Assembly: GCF_030684315.1 (NCBI RefSeq)
Contig: NC_081358.1
Location: 121,433,031-121,497,030, forward strand
DNA: 64,000 bases
Direction: 5' to 3'
From: Stegostoma tigrinum
Lineage: Eukaryota
Below, piece by piece: positions 1 through 13,300 of the stretch (positions are counted from its first letter, which is position 1; the number at the start of each line of letters is the position of its first letter). Both the position numbers and the translations under genes were made by a program. The notes under the pieces are model-generated. The model was not told the origin of the DNA, made no database searches, and was given only the letters and a program-made list of their open reading frames with translations.

Positions 1-1977
1 TTGAGCACATGCTCCTATCAGATCTGTCACATCCACAAGCCGTACCCATTACTCCACTCCATTAACATTCCACACTGAAAGGGCTTTGCCAGTTTTATGA
101 GGAGAATTCACAGAATACTGGGTCAACAAAACTATAGAGATACCTTACTCATAAACTCTATTAAGAGAAGAGTCCATCAATGTGGATTTGTTATGAATTA
201 ACACTTCATTTAATATTTAATTTGACTTCAATCTCAATTCAAAAATGGTTCAAACTCAGCCAGACCATCCACATCAAAAATCAAACCAGTTACTGCAGGT
301 TAGGCAACTCAGTACAATTGTGTATATGCCAAGAATTTGAGATTTTCTTCAAATTTGAAACTAAATTGATTAATGTACGAAATGTCCTCGGGCCCAACTT
401 GAGTTAAGTTGCAAACTGCAAGACTGATTAGAAAGGCAGTAAAATACCTGATTGAAATGTTCAAGAAATATACTGTGCAACATCAACACCAAGAACTAAA
501 ATGAAGTGTATTACCTTTTAGGCTGTGATATACATAGATCTCCATGAAAAATCTATTAAAATAAATTTTAGACCCTTAAAAGCTCACACATCACTAAAAT
601 CTAACTTTGTACAAGTTAATACAGCTGTACTTTGCTGGCAGTAAGCTCACTTCTAACAGTAGCATGGTATTGTACAATTAAGAAATCAAGATTGATTGCT
701 AAGAAAATCATTGGTATCAATCAATGTGAATTACATGAGTTTGCTACAACGAAACTGTCACTGCAATAAATCACACCACAAGGGATTTTATGATGTCCTT
801 CTGTTATCAATTAATGTACTTATTGATGTATGTGCGCAGAGCATCAGCAAAAAAAAGGCTAAATAACCATGAAGCAATATTCAGGAAATATTGATACCAG
901 TTTTTTCTGACAGCTGTCAGGTCAGCAGACATACTGCAACATCTATATGATAGGTTACAAATAGAAACCAGAGAGTGTCAACAAGTATGTAATATTATGA
1001 ACTATTCAGATAAATCATGTTCTTCTTAAACAATGATGTCTTTTAAATTCTATTATTTTCCATGTACCAGGGGAAATAGATCATCAAAAGCAAGCATTGA
1101 TAACTCGTGCCAGCTACCACCGAGCATGTGATCATTCATCATCTTGTTCAAATTGGAAATGCCTCAAAAAATCCAATTCATTTAACTTCAACAATCTACA
1201 TCAAGAATAAGATAGCTCAAAGGAAGAACTGTTTTATTCTGGAAGCAGCATTAATCAAAGGTGCTATTTTGAGACTTTAATGTTATATTTGCCTGATTTT
1301 AAATTCAATACTTTGCAGGAAAATAATCATGTTTGTTCCAGTGAGGGAGGAGGGCAACAATGTGGAGTAGATTGGGGAGGATTTTACAAGTTTGAATTCA
1401 TTGCAGAAGAGGATTTCTTCTTTGAATTACAAGAAATGCTGAATAATCAAATGAGTTCCTTACAAAAATGTTTGAAAGTGCTGCACAGTTCTGTAAAAAA
1501 ACGGATATGCAAATTCTTGCCAGAAACATTTGAAATACAAGTCCCTAATATAGTGACAGAGTCAGGAACAAAGGAGGGCAGGAAGATGAATGGATGAACA
1601 AGCATGTTGGCTGGGGGGGTGGGGCTGTTGTGAGGGGTGTGGGGCAGGAGTGGAGCAAGGACAGAAGGAAGCAAGGGACCAAAGGAAGCACAAGGGTGGC
1701 AGCAGGTGTCAGGAATGGGAGGTGGGATAAGGGATGGAGAGAAGAGGAAGTAGCAATGGGAGAATGGGAAATGAGGGTATACAGAGTATTGCAACAGGAG
1801 ATGAGTGGGAAGAGAAGGGACGGATGACAGCAAGATGGGGGTGAAAAAAAATTGATTGAACAGACACTATGATTGTAATTCAATCAATGATGTAGTTAGC
1901 CATGACAAGTGTTCCAGAACATGGTTTCAACTATATTACTTATAGATAAAACAGCGAGAAGAACTAACATTGTAGTA

Positions 1978-2465
1978 AGACCATAAGACATAGGGGCAGA
2001 AATTAGGCCATTTGGCCCATTGGGTCTGCTCCACCATTCAATCATGGCTGATAAATTTCTCAACTCTATTCTCTCACTTTGTAACCCTTGATTCCCTGTG
2101 ATAATCAAGAACCTATCTATCTCAGTCTTAAATGTACTCAATGACCTGGCCTCCACAGCCTTCTATGGCAGTGAATTCCATAGATTCACACTCTCTGACT
2201 GAAGAAGTTTCTCCTTATCTCTATTCTAAAAGGTGTTCACTTTATGGCTGTGCCCTCGGGCGCTAGACTCTCCGACCAATGGAAGCATCTTCCCAACATC
2301 CACTTTGTCCAGGCCATTCAATATTTTGACAGTTTCAATTAGATCCCCCTTCATCCTTCTAAACTCCAATGAGTATAGTCCCAGAGTCCTCAACCATTCC
2401 TCATACGTTAAGCTTTCCATTCCTGGGACCATTCTCGTGAACCTCCTCTGAATATGGGGCCCAGA
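1978..2465 (-). mobile_element. CR1 LINE 3' fragment
   Basis: ORFs 2226..2432 (LGLYSLEFRRMKGDLIET) and 1896..2156 (FKTEIDRFL) are typical CR1 ORF2 C-terminus, followed by a CR1-type 3' UTR. Confidence 0.85.
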
Positions 2466-4646
2466 ATTATAGCAGTAAAATTATAATCAGCAGAAAGTGA
2501 TAGCAGCTTATCAGGATAAAGTTCTAGACTTCTTTACCTCAAGGAGCCCCATTTGAGAATAATATCTGAACATTGTTGGAGTTTTCTGCAAACAGCTAAG
2601 TAGTCCTTCTGGGAGTACGCAGTATTCTTTTGCCAATTTAAGTTCAGTGTTTAGAATGTGGAAATTATTGAGGAGTAAAATATTATCAGTTAGATAAGAT
2701 TTGAATATGATCAATCTATTGTCTAGTTGATTAATGATCTTTCAAAACTGATCTACATCAAATTTTGATCTGAAACAATTCATACTTCAAGTAAATTTAT
2801 TTTGCCTTTGATAGTTGTCATTGGAAGACAGTGGAACATGTAAAAATAAACAGCAAATTCTCTTCACATTTGTCCAAGTTTCAGTATGAATCTAACCTCA
2901 TTCATCTACCGAAATGTCAGGAAAGACCTTGTAAATACAGTTCATATAAATTAAAGAAACTTAAAATGCCAGCAGATGGGTAAATATGAATCATTTTCTC
3001 CTGCCAAAGAAACATTTGTTTCTCCATCACAATACTCAGTGCTGAAATGGTAACAGTTACTATATTTAATTGTGCAAATCCACTGACATCCACCACAGCA
3101 TTATCTTTACTGCTGTGAAAATTTACTACCACACATCCACACAATGCCAGTTAGCTCCAACTCAGTCTTGACAGATGAAAGGCTGAATTATGCAAGATCT
3201 AGACTGCACATGTACTTGAATTATACATGGATGAATAGTGTTGCAATAAGCTTACACAGACATCACTGTCAACCAGATAATGCACGAGGCATGCCAGATT
3301 AAATTATTTCAACTAAAAGATCAAATTAAACAGCTTTTTTTTGAAGAAAGCATGTTCACCTTGCACTGCAATAATTTCCAGGTCCTAAAATTACAGCAAC
3401 AGCTTGCTTTTGAAAAGACTGCTTTAAATAATTCTTCACTGTGGTCAGTACCATACTCTGTGCATCAACACCCACAAACACACACTCAAGATTTACTGTG
3501 CTGCTATCTAGAAAAGGAATGTTATTGTCTTAGCATGGGTCCTGTAGCACTTCTCGACAAATGAGGTCAATCCAGACTGTTAATCTCTACTTGGTGCAAC
3601 CCACATTTTGGAGATTCTTGGGAGAAATGTGGCACCAGTTTTGAGCATTTGGGTAAACCACTTCAATCTTAAGCCAACACAAAGCCAAGCAGAGCTACAA
3701 GGTTTCCAAAAGGTCAAGAACAGTCAGGGAACGAAAGAAACAGTTCTCCCTGACCCGAGAGAGACCTTTGAGATAAGAATGTATATATGGAGAGGGGGGG
3801 GGGCTGGGGTGATGGGGTCCAAGGGTGCTTGACATCAATACAGCTAATAAATGAGACAAGGATATAAATGAATACAGCTTTGTATGCAAGATGACCAATA
3901 CAGGCTAGACACTTTGAGGTTTGTCTACAAAATCTGTAAAGTGGAAAAGGAGACTGTTAGTTTTTTGCAGCGCATACAAAATAAAAAGGTAGAAGTCCAT
4001 CACGGCTGTAATGTGCTGAACGACTGTGCTGCATGATTGATAGTTCTGGTCAAAACCCTGTAACTTATTATTAATCATTTCAAATAATAAGTTGCTGATT
4101 TAACCAGAGCTTATTAAATGAGTCAACTATCTACCTCAATAATCAGCAGAACAGCACAATTAAACACCATTTACATGACTTTTAGATTTTAAGAATATCA
4201 TGCAGACTAATTGTAGTCTTGATACATGTTACCCAAAAAGTACAAATATATTTCTCCAGTAATCTATCTTCATGGTACGATGATCCAAATTATCAGACAA
4301 ATGATTAGAAGCAAAATATGTTAAGCATACTGGGCTACTGGGGACTAGCCATTTTAACCTAGTTGAACGCAAAAGATAGTGTCAAAGAATATTGCAAATT
4401 TAAGATTCACTAAGCATTCAGCCCACTAACTTTAGTTTTACTGTTTTATAGACAAATTTTCTTAGTTTCATCATGTATATTGCAATTTTAGATGTATCAA
4501 GATTATGGAGCAGGATTCCGTACGCTAGAAGTACAGAAATATACATTGGCATATTTCAGCGGCATGAATGTTCAGGAAGAGCGAATTGGTATAAAGTGAG
4601 CATTGGTCCAGCAAAATTGGCCCTTTGACATAAACAGGAAACTAAA

Positions 4647-5190
4647 CTGTGTACAGTTCTGGTCACCACATTACCAAAGGATGTGGATGCTTTGAAGAGG
4701 GTGCAGAGGAGGTTCACCAGGATGTTGCCTGGTATGGAGGGTGCTAGCTATGAAGAGAGGTTGAGTAGATTAGGATTATTTTCATTAGAAAGACGGAGAT
4801 TGAGGGGGGACCTGATTGAGGTCTACAAAATCATGAGGGGTATAGACAGGTTGGATAGCAAAAAGCTTTTTCCCCAGAGTGGGGGACTCAATTACTAGGG
4901 GTCATGAGTTCAAAGTGAGAGGAGGAAAGTTTAAGGGAGATATGCGTGGAAAGTTCTTTACACAGAGGGTGGTGGGCGCCTGGACCACGTTGCCAGCGGA
5001 GGTGGTAGACGCAGACACGTTGGCGTCTTTTAAGATATATTTGGACAGGTACATGGATGGGGAGGGAGCAAATGGACACAGACCATTAGAAAATAGATGA
5101 CAGGTTAGACAGAGGATCTTGACCAGCACAGGCTTGGACAGCCGAAGGGCCTGTTCCTGTGCTGTAGGTTTCTTTGTTCTTTGTTCTTTG
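4647..5190 (+). mobile_element. CR1 LINE 3' fragment with (TTCTTTG)3 tail
   Basis: ORFs 4683..4898 and 4879..5100 (YEERLSRLGLFSLERRRLRGDLIEVYK; TRGHEFK; FFTQRVVGAW); heptamer tail at 5170-5190. Confidence 0.92.
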
Positions 5191-5259
5191 TAAAGGCAAG
5201 GTGGACGCCAATGACTGACAACATCGATTTTCTGTGAAATTCCCTTCTAAAACCTGCTC

Positions 5260-5345
5260 AAGGGTCTAGGCCCAAAACGTCAGCTTTTGTGCTCCTAAGA
5301 TGCTGCTTGGCCTGCTGTGTTCATCCAGCTCCACACTTTGTTGTC
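5260..5345 (+). mobile_element. PLE family-1 3' terminal fragment with broken HHR
   Basis: AAGGGTCTAGGCCCAAAACGTCAGCTTTTGTGCTCC... matches the reverse complement of the copies at 9319, 39639 and 61101; the CTGATGA core is absent. Confidence 0.8.
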
Positions 5346-5669
5346 CCTCATCTCCAGTGCTCTCTCCTTAGCTAGCTTAACCATTCTCACCATGGTTTTG
5401 GCCAAGTAGCCCTAATATCTCTTCATATAGATCAGTATCAAATTTCATACAGATCCGTGCCAAATCTTTGTCGGATAATGTACTGGCGATGCACTTTGGA
5501 GTGTTTAAACCACATTAACAGCACTGAGTAAATACAAGTTCTTGTAATTCTCTGGTGCACTAAGCTAGGACCCGAGAAGCAAGTCTCATTACAAAGTTAA
5601 AAGGAGTGGCTGATTTGTTTACACAGAATCACAGAAATATTACAGCGCAGGACAGGAGAACACAAAGAA

Positions 5670-6140
5670 TGGAAACAGGATTCGGCCATTCTACAGCTGA
5701 GGCATGCACCACCATTCAACAGATCATGACTAATTTGATCCAGGTCTCAACACCTCTTTTTGCCACTTTTTTATAGTTTCAACTCCTCAATGTTTCAAAA
5801 ATCTTTCTACACACTCTTTAAATACTTTCAGTGATCAAACTACCTCTACTTTCTGGGTAGAGATTTCCAAACATTCACAACCCTCAGAAGAAATTACTCC
5901 ATTTCTCAGTTTAAAATGTGTTTACCCTTCTTCTGTAACTATGTCCGTGAGTTCAAGATTCCCTCAAAAGGAGGTCATTTAACTCATTGTGTCTATAATG
6001 GCTCTCCAAATGAGCATCACAGTTTAGTGCCATTCCCCATACACATGCATCTTGTTTCTATTTAAAATCTCAAATAATTCCCTCTTGAATGCCTCAACTG
6101 ACCTGTCTCCACCACACTTCCAGGGACTGTATTCCAGACC
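5670..6140 (-). mobile_element. Old CR1 3' fragments
   Basis: Degenerate similarity to the CR1 3' end at 1978-2230. Confidence 0.6.
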
Positions 6141-7039
6141 TATTCAAACGAGTAAGATGGGAGGAGGCTCATACATAACATATATATAGGCAAAACCCAT
6201 TCTGTGGTCTGTTTCTGTGTTTTAATACTATGTAATTGTAACAAGACTGATTGAAAATCACGTACCCCAAAGCACTAAAGATTTACTGTCGAAACATTTG
6301 TAAAAATTATAGCTGTATCTGCACTGATCTTTGGATGTGTTGTTAAAACTTTTATTGGACAATAATGAATAAGGTTTGACAACAAATAATCTTTAGACTT
6401 GTTTACACAGAAGTCTTTGTAAGTGAAGGAACCGGGTTTCATTTCACAAGCCTCCAGTGTAAACATTTAGAATTATACTATAACCAGACAAATCTAGTAT
6501 AAAAACTTACTTTTTTATGCTCCTGGCACTGTGCCTCAAATTGGATTGCCTTCAGTATTAGTATTGAAGGTACCAAAGTTCTTATGCAGCATATGAGCTA
6601 TTTCATTAAGACTGCAATCCAGAGAACATTTCTGGATGAACAACTTCTTTCACAGAGCAGCAGACAGATAGACTGGAAGATTTTTGCAAATGGAAATGCT
6701 GGTCACCTGGAGACTTGATTTAAAGTATGAAGCATTTGTCTTCTATCATGCTAAATTAAAATTGTACCTATGCAAACACAACAATTTGGCTCAATAATAT
6801 TACTAGAGGCCAGGCTCAACAACAAACATGAACAGGGTATTCAACAACAGACCTTTACAGCTGAGCACATCCCTTCATACACATGACAACTGTGCACTGT
6901 TGACAGATGATGTCATATTGTGATCAGAACAGAAACCCCAGATGGTCTTGCCCTTCCAACCTCAAAGATCCAAGGCCAAACTTTGCTTATCTAATGAAGT
7001 ATATATGAATCTAAGCAGGTTTGGCCAGGTAGAATTTGA

Positions 7040-7390
7040 GAGGATACTTTTTTGGGGGGAATCTAAAACAATGGGAATCTACTACTTTGCACGGTTTATA
7101 AGGATTTACTGTCTAAGGAGAACATGGGGGTGATCTTTTTTCCTTATCTATTGGAAGATCACTTGCCTTTTTAATTTTCTTTCTGAGACATCAGGGGAGA
7201 CTGGATCATTAAACATGTTCAATGCTGAGTTGGAGAGGCTTCAAATCTAGAATAGAGGTAAGAGTTATGGCGGGGACAGGCATGAAAGTAGAGTTCAGGC
7301 CAATAACCAGATGAACCATGAACTTACTAGACGATCGACTAGGTTGGATGGACTGAATGGCCTACTCCCGCTACTGTTTCTTATGACTTT
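7040..7390 (+). mobile_element. Old CR1 3' fragment
   Basis: gggggaatctaaaaca...tgaatggcctactcc CR1 3' UTR signature. Confidence 0.65.
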
Positions 7391-9318
7391 ATGAACAAGA
7401 TTAGCATCTATAAGCAACTGCCATATATTATCAAATGTAATTTTTAACAGATGACCGAAGTATGGTTGAGCAATTTTGGCATTGAGAGAGTTTGTCCATA
7501 AGTGCATTTTTCTATATTTACATTGCAATTATATCAGAAAAAGACAGACACAAGCTTTATTGTTTTCACAATTTATAATTAAGGTTGTGTAATATTTTCC
7601 CTAAATGTTTAAAAAAAGCATATTCCATTTTAACAGGATTTCCCTCCAAAAGCATGCTTACCACAGCAATTACTTATACTGATATGAAAACACATTTCCA
7701 CATTATATTCCCAGAAACTGATCAATCTGTAATTAAATAAGTCAGACTAAAACGAAAGTGATTTCTACCAATGAAATTCAAAACAAACTTATTTTTCAAC
7801 TAGTTTCAAGAATAAGAACTCTAATTCAACAATCAATGACCTTCTCTAATTCCTGATTTTCTGGTAATCTACTGCTGCTCACATTACACATTTATCAAGA
7901 AAACTCCTGGCATATTCAACTCAAGAGTCTGGCATGGGAAAATTAAGTTTAACTGCACTATTTCACCAATAAATGAGTGAGTCTAACTAGCTGATAACCC
8001 TCCCACACTGCATGCTATTTAGTTTTCTGCACCGGACCAAGGAAACTCCAATTTGTTCCACTGATGGGACAGAAAATCACACAGACTTAGTTGCTATATA
8101 AATCTGAACTTTGCTCTACAGCATCTGCTAGCTCAGAGTTGTTGACTAGCTTGAAATACAAAACTATTTTATCTGCATTTTGATCACATAGTGGAAAAGT
8201 ATTAATGACTACAAATCACCTTAAGCTAACAAAAGGTTTCTGCAGCTGAAATATAATGCTTTAAAAACTTCACTTTAAAAATAGAAGAATGAACCTGACT
8301 TAACTGAAGCACGGCTAAGTATCAGAGATTTTAAACAGTGAGCTTCATGCTACTCTGAAGAGCTTGAAATTTAAAAACTCATAGTTACTAAAAATTTCCT
8401 GTTAATATAATTGGAAAGTGTGGTCATTTATTTAAAAGTGCATGAAATACATTCAATTCCTCTCAACTATTCAAGAAATGTTTCATTTCAATAAATTAAA
8501 TTGAGTGATTTAATGCCGTACTTGAGAAATTAGCATCCACTTAAAAAAATGAATGTTTTATGGGTAGGCAAAGTGCAAAAGTGAATAAAGAGAGCTCACA
8601 ACTTTCAACACCCCAACATATCCCAGATAGCCACTTATGTTGGGATAAGCCATTGACCATTTGCCTTTATTGCTTAAATTGTACTAAATGGACCAACTGC
8701 ATTGCGTAGCTCAGGAGTGCTTTGCATCCATCATTAAGTTATCTGCTGCGTAAAGTATTTTGTTTTCAGCGTTGGTAGATTAACTTTTCCGCACCATTGT
8801 AAAATAAAATATCCTTGAAGTTTTAACAAGGGGAAATTACTTGTAAGAGCCCCCAGAACTCTCGTTATTTCTGAGATCTGCATTAAATTTTACAGAGCTG
8901 GATATTTTCCTACTTTGTTGTAAAGTTATGTCTGAAGGGTGGGACATGTTTACTGTCGGTCTATTTCATTTTTTTGAGCCAGGTGATGCAAAATTTAGCT
9001 TTGATTCTTGGAAGACAGGTCTGTCAGCAATTCAGTTCTTATACTTGCTATCGCATAAACATACACGAATGTGCCTACTTTTAGCAGTAAGGAACATCCT
9101 GACCTTTCACTCTGAAACTGAAAAACTAATGGCCAATAAAGGTACAAATGACTGGGCATAGTTTGATAGGCAGCAGAAATCATTTCCTGATGGCATTTAA
9201 TAAGGTGCCACATCAATGGTTATTGCAGAAAATTAATGCTAATGGTATAAGAGGTAACATACTGGTATAGTTAGAAGACTGGCTAGCTAAGAAGAAACAG
9301 AGAGCAGTCATAAATGGT

Positions 9319-9735
9319 GATAATGGGAACTGCAGATGCTGGAGAATCCAAGATAACAAAGTGTGGAGCTGGATGAACACAGCAGGCCAAGCAGCATCTC
9401 AGGAGCGCAAAAGCTGACGTTTCGGGCCTAGACCCTTCATCAGAGAGGGGGATGGGGAGAGGGAACTGGAATAAATAGGGAGAGGGGGGGAGGTGGACCG
9501 AAGATGGACAGAAAACAAGATAGGTAGAGAGGAAGTATTATCCCCTCCCTAGGAGGGGAAAGGTCAGTCCAGGGAAGATGGACAGGTCAAGGAGGCGGGA
9601 TGAGGTGGTAGGTAGGAAATGGAGGTGCGGCTTGAGGTGGGAGGAAGGGATGGGTGAGAGGAAGAACAGGTTAGGGAAGCAGAGACAGGCTGGGCTGGTT
9701 TTGGGATGCAGTGGGGGGAGGGGACAAGCTGGGCT
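9319..9735 (-). mobile_element. PLE family-1 3' end (pseudo-LTR region) with HHR
   Basis: Near-identical to 39639-40060, which is contiguous with a GIY-YIG C-terminus. Confidence 0.85.
9414..9445 (-). ncRNA. Minimal type-I hammerhead ribozyme motif
   Basis: Minus strand ct-CTGATGA-a-GGGTCTAGGCCC-GAAA-CG-TC-ag: complete core, stem II hairpin, palindromic ACGT stem III, very short stem I. Confidence 0.75.
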
Positions 9736-10064
9736 CCAGTTTTGCAATTGTCCACAAAACCTGCAATTCTTCACAAAACCCACATTCTCCAACTCTGGTG
9801 TCTTATTACCTCTAGACTTCACTATGATGCATTCCTGACTAGCCTCCTATATTCTACCTTCCATATACTTGTGGTTATCCAAAAGTCTGAAGCCTGTAAC
9901 CTAACTTGTACAATATCTCTTTCACTATTCGCCCCTGTGAATGTATAACAAAATTGAAATATTATGCCACTGGAACCAATCATAAAATTCTCATCCTTGT
10001 TTTCAAACTCTTCCATCATCTGGCCCCTCACGATCTTTGCAACATCTTCCAGCCTTAAATATGT

Positions 10065-11085
10065 AGAAGCATAAAAACGGGGAACTGGTGTAGACCATTT
10101 GGCCCTTTGGTCCTACTCCTCAATTCAATTTTAATCATGGCAGATCATCCAACTCAGACCCTTGTGCCTGCTTTCTCTCTATACCCTTTGATTCCTGTAG
10201 TACTAAGAACTATTACCAACTCCTTCTCAAAATTATTCAATATTTTGGCCTCAACCGCTTTCTGTGGCAGAAAATTCCACAGGCTCACCAGTCTCTGGAT
10301 GAAAACATTTCTCCTTATCTCAGTCCCAAGTTGCCTCCCCCATATTCTTAGACTGTGACCGGTGTTATAGACAAGCCGGTCACTGGGAATATTTTATCCA
10401 GCCCTGACAGAACTTCAGGTTTCTATAAAATCCATCCTCATTCTTCTAAACTCCAGTGAATCTTGTCCTAACCAATTCAACCTTTGTTCTCATGTCACTC
10501 GTGTTATCACAGAAATCAGTATTGTAAATTTTCCACTGCATTCCCTCTATCACCAGAGCATCATTACTCAGATAAGAGACCAAAACTGCACACAATACTC
10601 CAGGTGCAATTTCACCAATGCCCTGTACAACTGCAGCAATTCATTCTTGCCCCCGGCACTTGAATCCTCCCGCTATGTGACAAACATACCACTTGCCTTT
10701 TTCACCATCTGCTGCACTTGCATGCTTACTTTCAGCAACTGGTGGACAAGGACACCCAGGTCTTGTTGTATCTCTACCTTTCCCAATCTATCACCATTCA
10801 ACAATCTACCTGCCTTTCTGTTTTTGCAGCAAAGTGGATGACCTCATATTTATTAGCAATATACTTCATCTGCCATGCATTTACCCACCCACTCGACTTG
10901 TTCAAATCACACTGAAGCATCTCTGCATTCATCTCACAGTTGACCCTCCCACCAAGCTGCATGTTATCTCCAGGTTTTCAGAAATTACAATTAGTTCCCT
11001 CATCTAAATCATCCATACGTATTGTGAACAGTTGGGGTATAAGCACTGATCCCTGAAGTGATCCACTAGTCACTGTGGGCCATTC
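10065..11085 (-). mobile_element. CR1 LINE fragment (RT to 3' UTR), decayed
   Basis: ORF 10978..11238 contains VTSGSLQGSVLIPQLFTIRMDDLDEG (CR1 RT motif B); CR1 3' UTR at the left end. Confidence 0.8.
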
Positions 11086-11684
11086 GGAAAATGGCTTATT
11101 AAAAAACATTAGAGTTAATTGCACATCCGGTCTAGTCTCTTGGACATCTCTGTTTTTAATTTCTCCACCATTGATGTCCATGTCACCTATTTCCTGGGAT
11201 CTAAGCTCTGCAAATCCTTCCCTAAAGTCCACAATCAATATTTCAATTTCCTTATTTAAAATATTCCTTGAAAGCTACTTGTTTGACAGTGTCTGCATAT
11301 TTCCTCATGCACTTGGCTCAGATTAATATCTTTGAGTAGAACTATATTACTCATCATCTTGAGGTATTTATAAGCAATCAGCCACCACTGTCCCCTCCTA
11401 TCTTCTCTCTCAAACCTCCCAACCTCTCACCTTGAAAACATAACTCTGTTAATAAGGCTTTTGTCACTACTTCAAATATGTCCTTCTTTGCTGTAGTGTC
11501 AATATAGTTTCTTGTAAAACATCTTGGGACAGTTGTGTACTTAAAGGTGCTAAATAATTCAAGGTTTATTGCAGAACATAACCCTCCACTCACTACTGAT
11601 TCATAATACAGATATCAATAAGATGAAACAGTATTTTTATAGAACAGATTTCACCTCAATAGGGTTATTCTAAAAGGCTATTGC

Positions 11685-12500
11685 ACAAAGTGGGAGCTCT
11701 TGATGTAGTGGGTGATGTGCTAGCACAGATAGAACATTGGCTGGGTCTTTTCCAGATTGGTAAGAAGTCACATGTAGGGGGCCTGCAGGGGTCTGTGCCG
11801 AGGACTCAGTTTCTTATCAATGACATCAATGAGGGGAGTTAAAGACTGAATGGTTAGATTTGAAATGATGCAAAGACAGTTTAGAAGGTGTGTTGTGAAA
11901 AGATTACATTGCAAGGATGTAGACTGATATAGAAAGGTTGAGTGTATGAGCAAAAATCTGGCAAAATGAGTATAATATGGGAAAATTTAAACTTATTTAT
12001 TCTCCTGGTCAAAGTGAACAACTGTAGATTCCGAATTACACAGCTATCTAGGTATTCAAACACACGATTAAAAAAAATGAGTATGCAGGTGCACACATAA
12101 TCAGGAAAGTTAATGGAATGCTACCCTTTACTCAGACAGAGAATGAACATAAAAATGAAGGATGCTATATTTCAGTTACACAAAACACGTTTGGATACGG
12201 TGATAGTTTTGGTCTCCTTATTTCAGGAAGGATGCAAATGCATTGCATGTGGTTTCGGTGAGGTTTGAAAGGAGCCTTTTGAGGAAAGGCTGCACTTGTT
12301 GTTGCTGAATTTCAGCTGAGTGAGGGGTGATTCCACTGAAAGATGTGTGACAGTGAATGGTTTCGGCAAGTGGCCATTGAAAAGATCAGGAGTTATTGAG
12401 GATAAATAGGAATGTGAAATTTACAACAGAAACAGATCAGCCATGATTGTAAGAAATAGCAGAGCAGACTTGAAGGGTCAAATGGCTCTTATGTTCTTAC
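11685..12500 (+). mobile_element. Old CR1 LINE fragment
   Basis: Degenerate RT region and 3' UTR similar to the other CR1 copies. Confidence 0.65.
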
Positions 12501-12994
12501 ATTTAAGTCTATCCTCCAAAAATTTTTATTATTCTGGTTCTTGCTTGAAGTAACAATAAGTAGCATCCCAACAGATGATACATCCTTCCTAGTTTATAAT
12601 GCTGCCTAAGGCAGATTGTATATACAATGATAATACTGAATCCAAGTAGACTTATACAAATATTACCTCGAAACTGAAATTTTCACTGCAGCACCATTTT
12701 CCCCAAACGAAAACATAACCAAAGCTAAAAGCTGAATATTATGATGCTGTCAAGACCTGGAAAATGAGCATTTCCTCAATTCAAAAACAATGAACATTTT
12801 CAGGCTAACTTTCAGCTGTTTGTCTTTGAGCAGAAGTCACAAAAATGATGCATTTTTACCTTAGTGTTCAGGCCTGGTTCTACTCTGTTCACTGTGTCCC
12901 AGATGGCAGCATTGTAGCATTCCTTGCTGTACAAGTTTATGAAGCAAAGAATAAAATAAAATACATAAAACAGATTAGCATTTCCACTACACTA

Positions 12995-13300
12995 ACTTGT
13001 GAGAGGGCCATGAAGTCAAGGTCTCAACTACTCTCCAAAATGAGTATGACCAATCCTGTGGCACCAAATAGAAACAGGAGAATTATCCCAAGTATCCTCG
13101 TCAATATTTATCACTCAATTAACATCATTTGGAAACAGATCATCTTGCTATTGTCAAAATGACATTTGTGGGATTTTGCTGTGTATAAATTGACTATCCC
13201 CTATCCTAAAATAGTGATTACATTTCTGAGTACTTGCTTCGCGGTAAATCACTTCAGGATGTCCCAAGGTCATGACCAGGCATGATGTAAAGGAAAGTTT
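12995..13300 (+). mobile_element. Deu-domain SINE (SacSINE1/AmnSINE-like) remnant
   Basis: caatatttatcactcaattaacatc...gtgggattttgctgtgtataaattg resembles the Deu-SINE body as I recall it; similar copies at ~16305-16616 and ~61880-62550. Confidence 0.5.

Noticed and set aside
1447-1883. Overlapping 100-130 aa ORFs
   Set aside because: Arise from a low-complexity G/A-rich tract; no protein similarity
4492-4595. Plus-strand exon-like segment (tttag|ATG...AAA|gtgagc) with open frames
   Set aside because: Antisense to vps13b, peptide unrecognisable, no partner exons found
6527-6535. CACTGTG/CACAGTG heptamers (also near 34947, 47323, 48521) as Ig/TCR recombination signals
   Set aside because: No ACAAAAACC nonamer at 12/23 spacing and no V/J segments
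8667-8677. TTATTGCTTAA resembles the 5' half of miR-137
   Set aside because: The match ends after 11 nt and no precursor hairpin is evident
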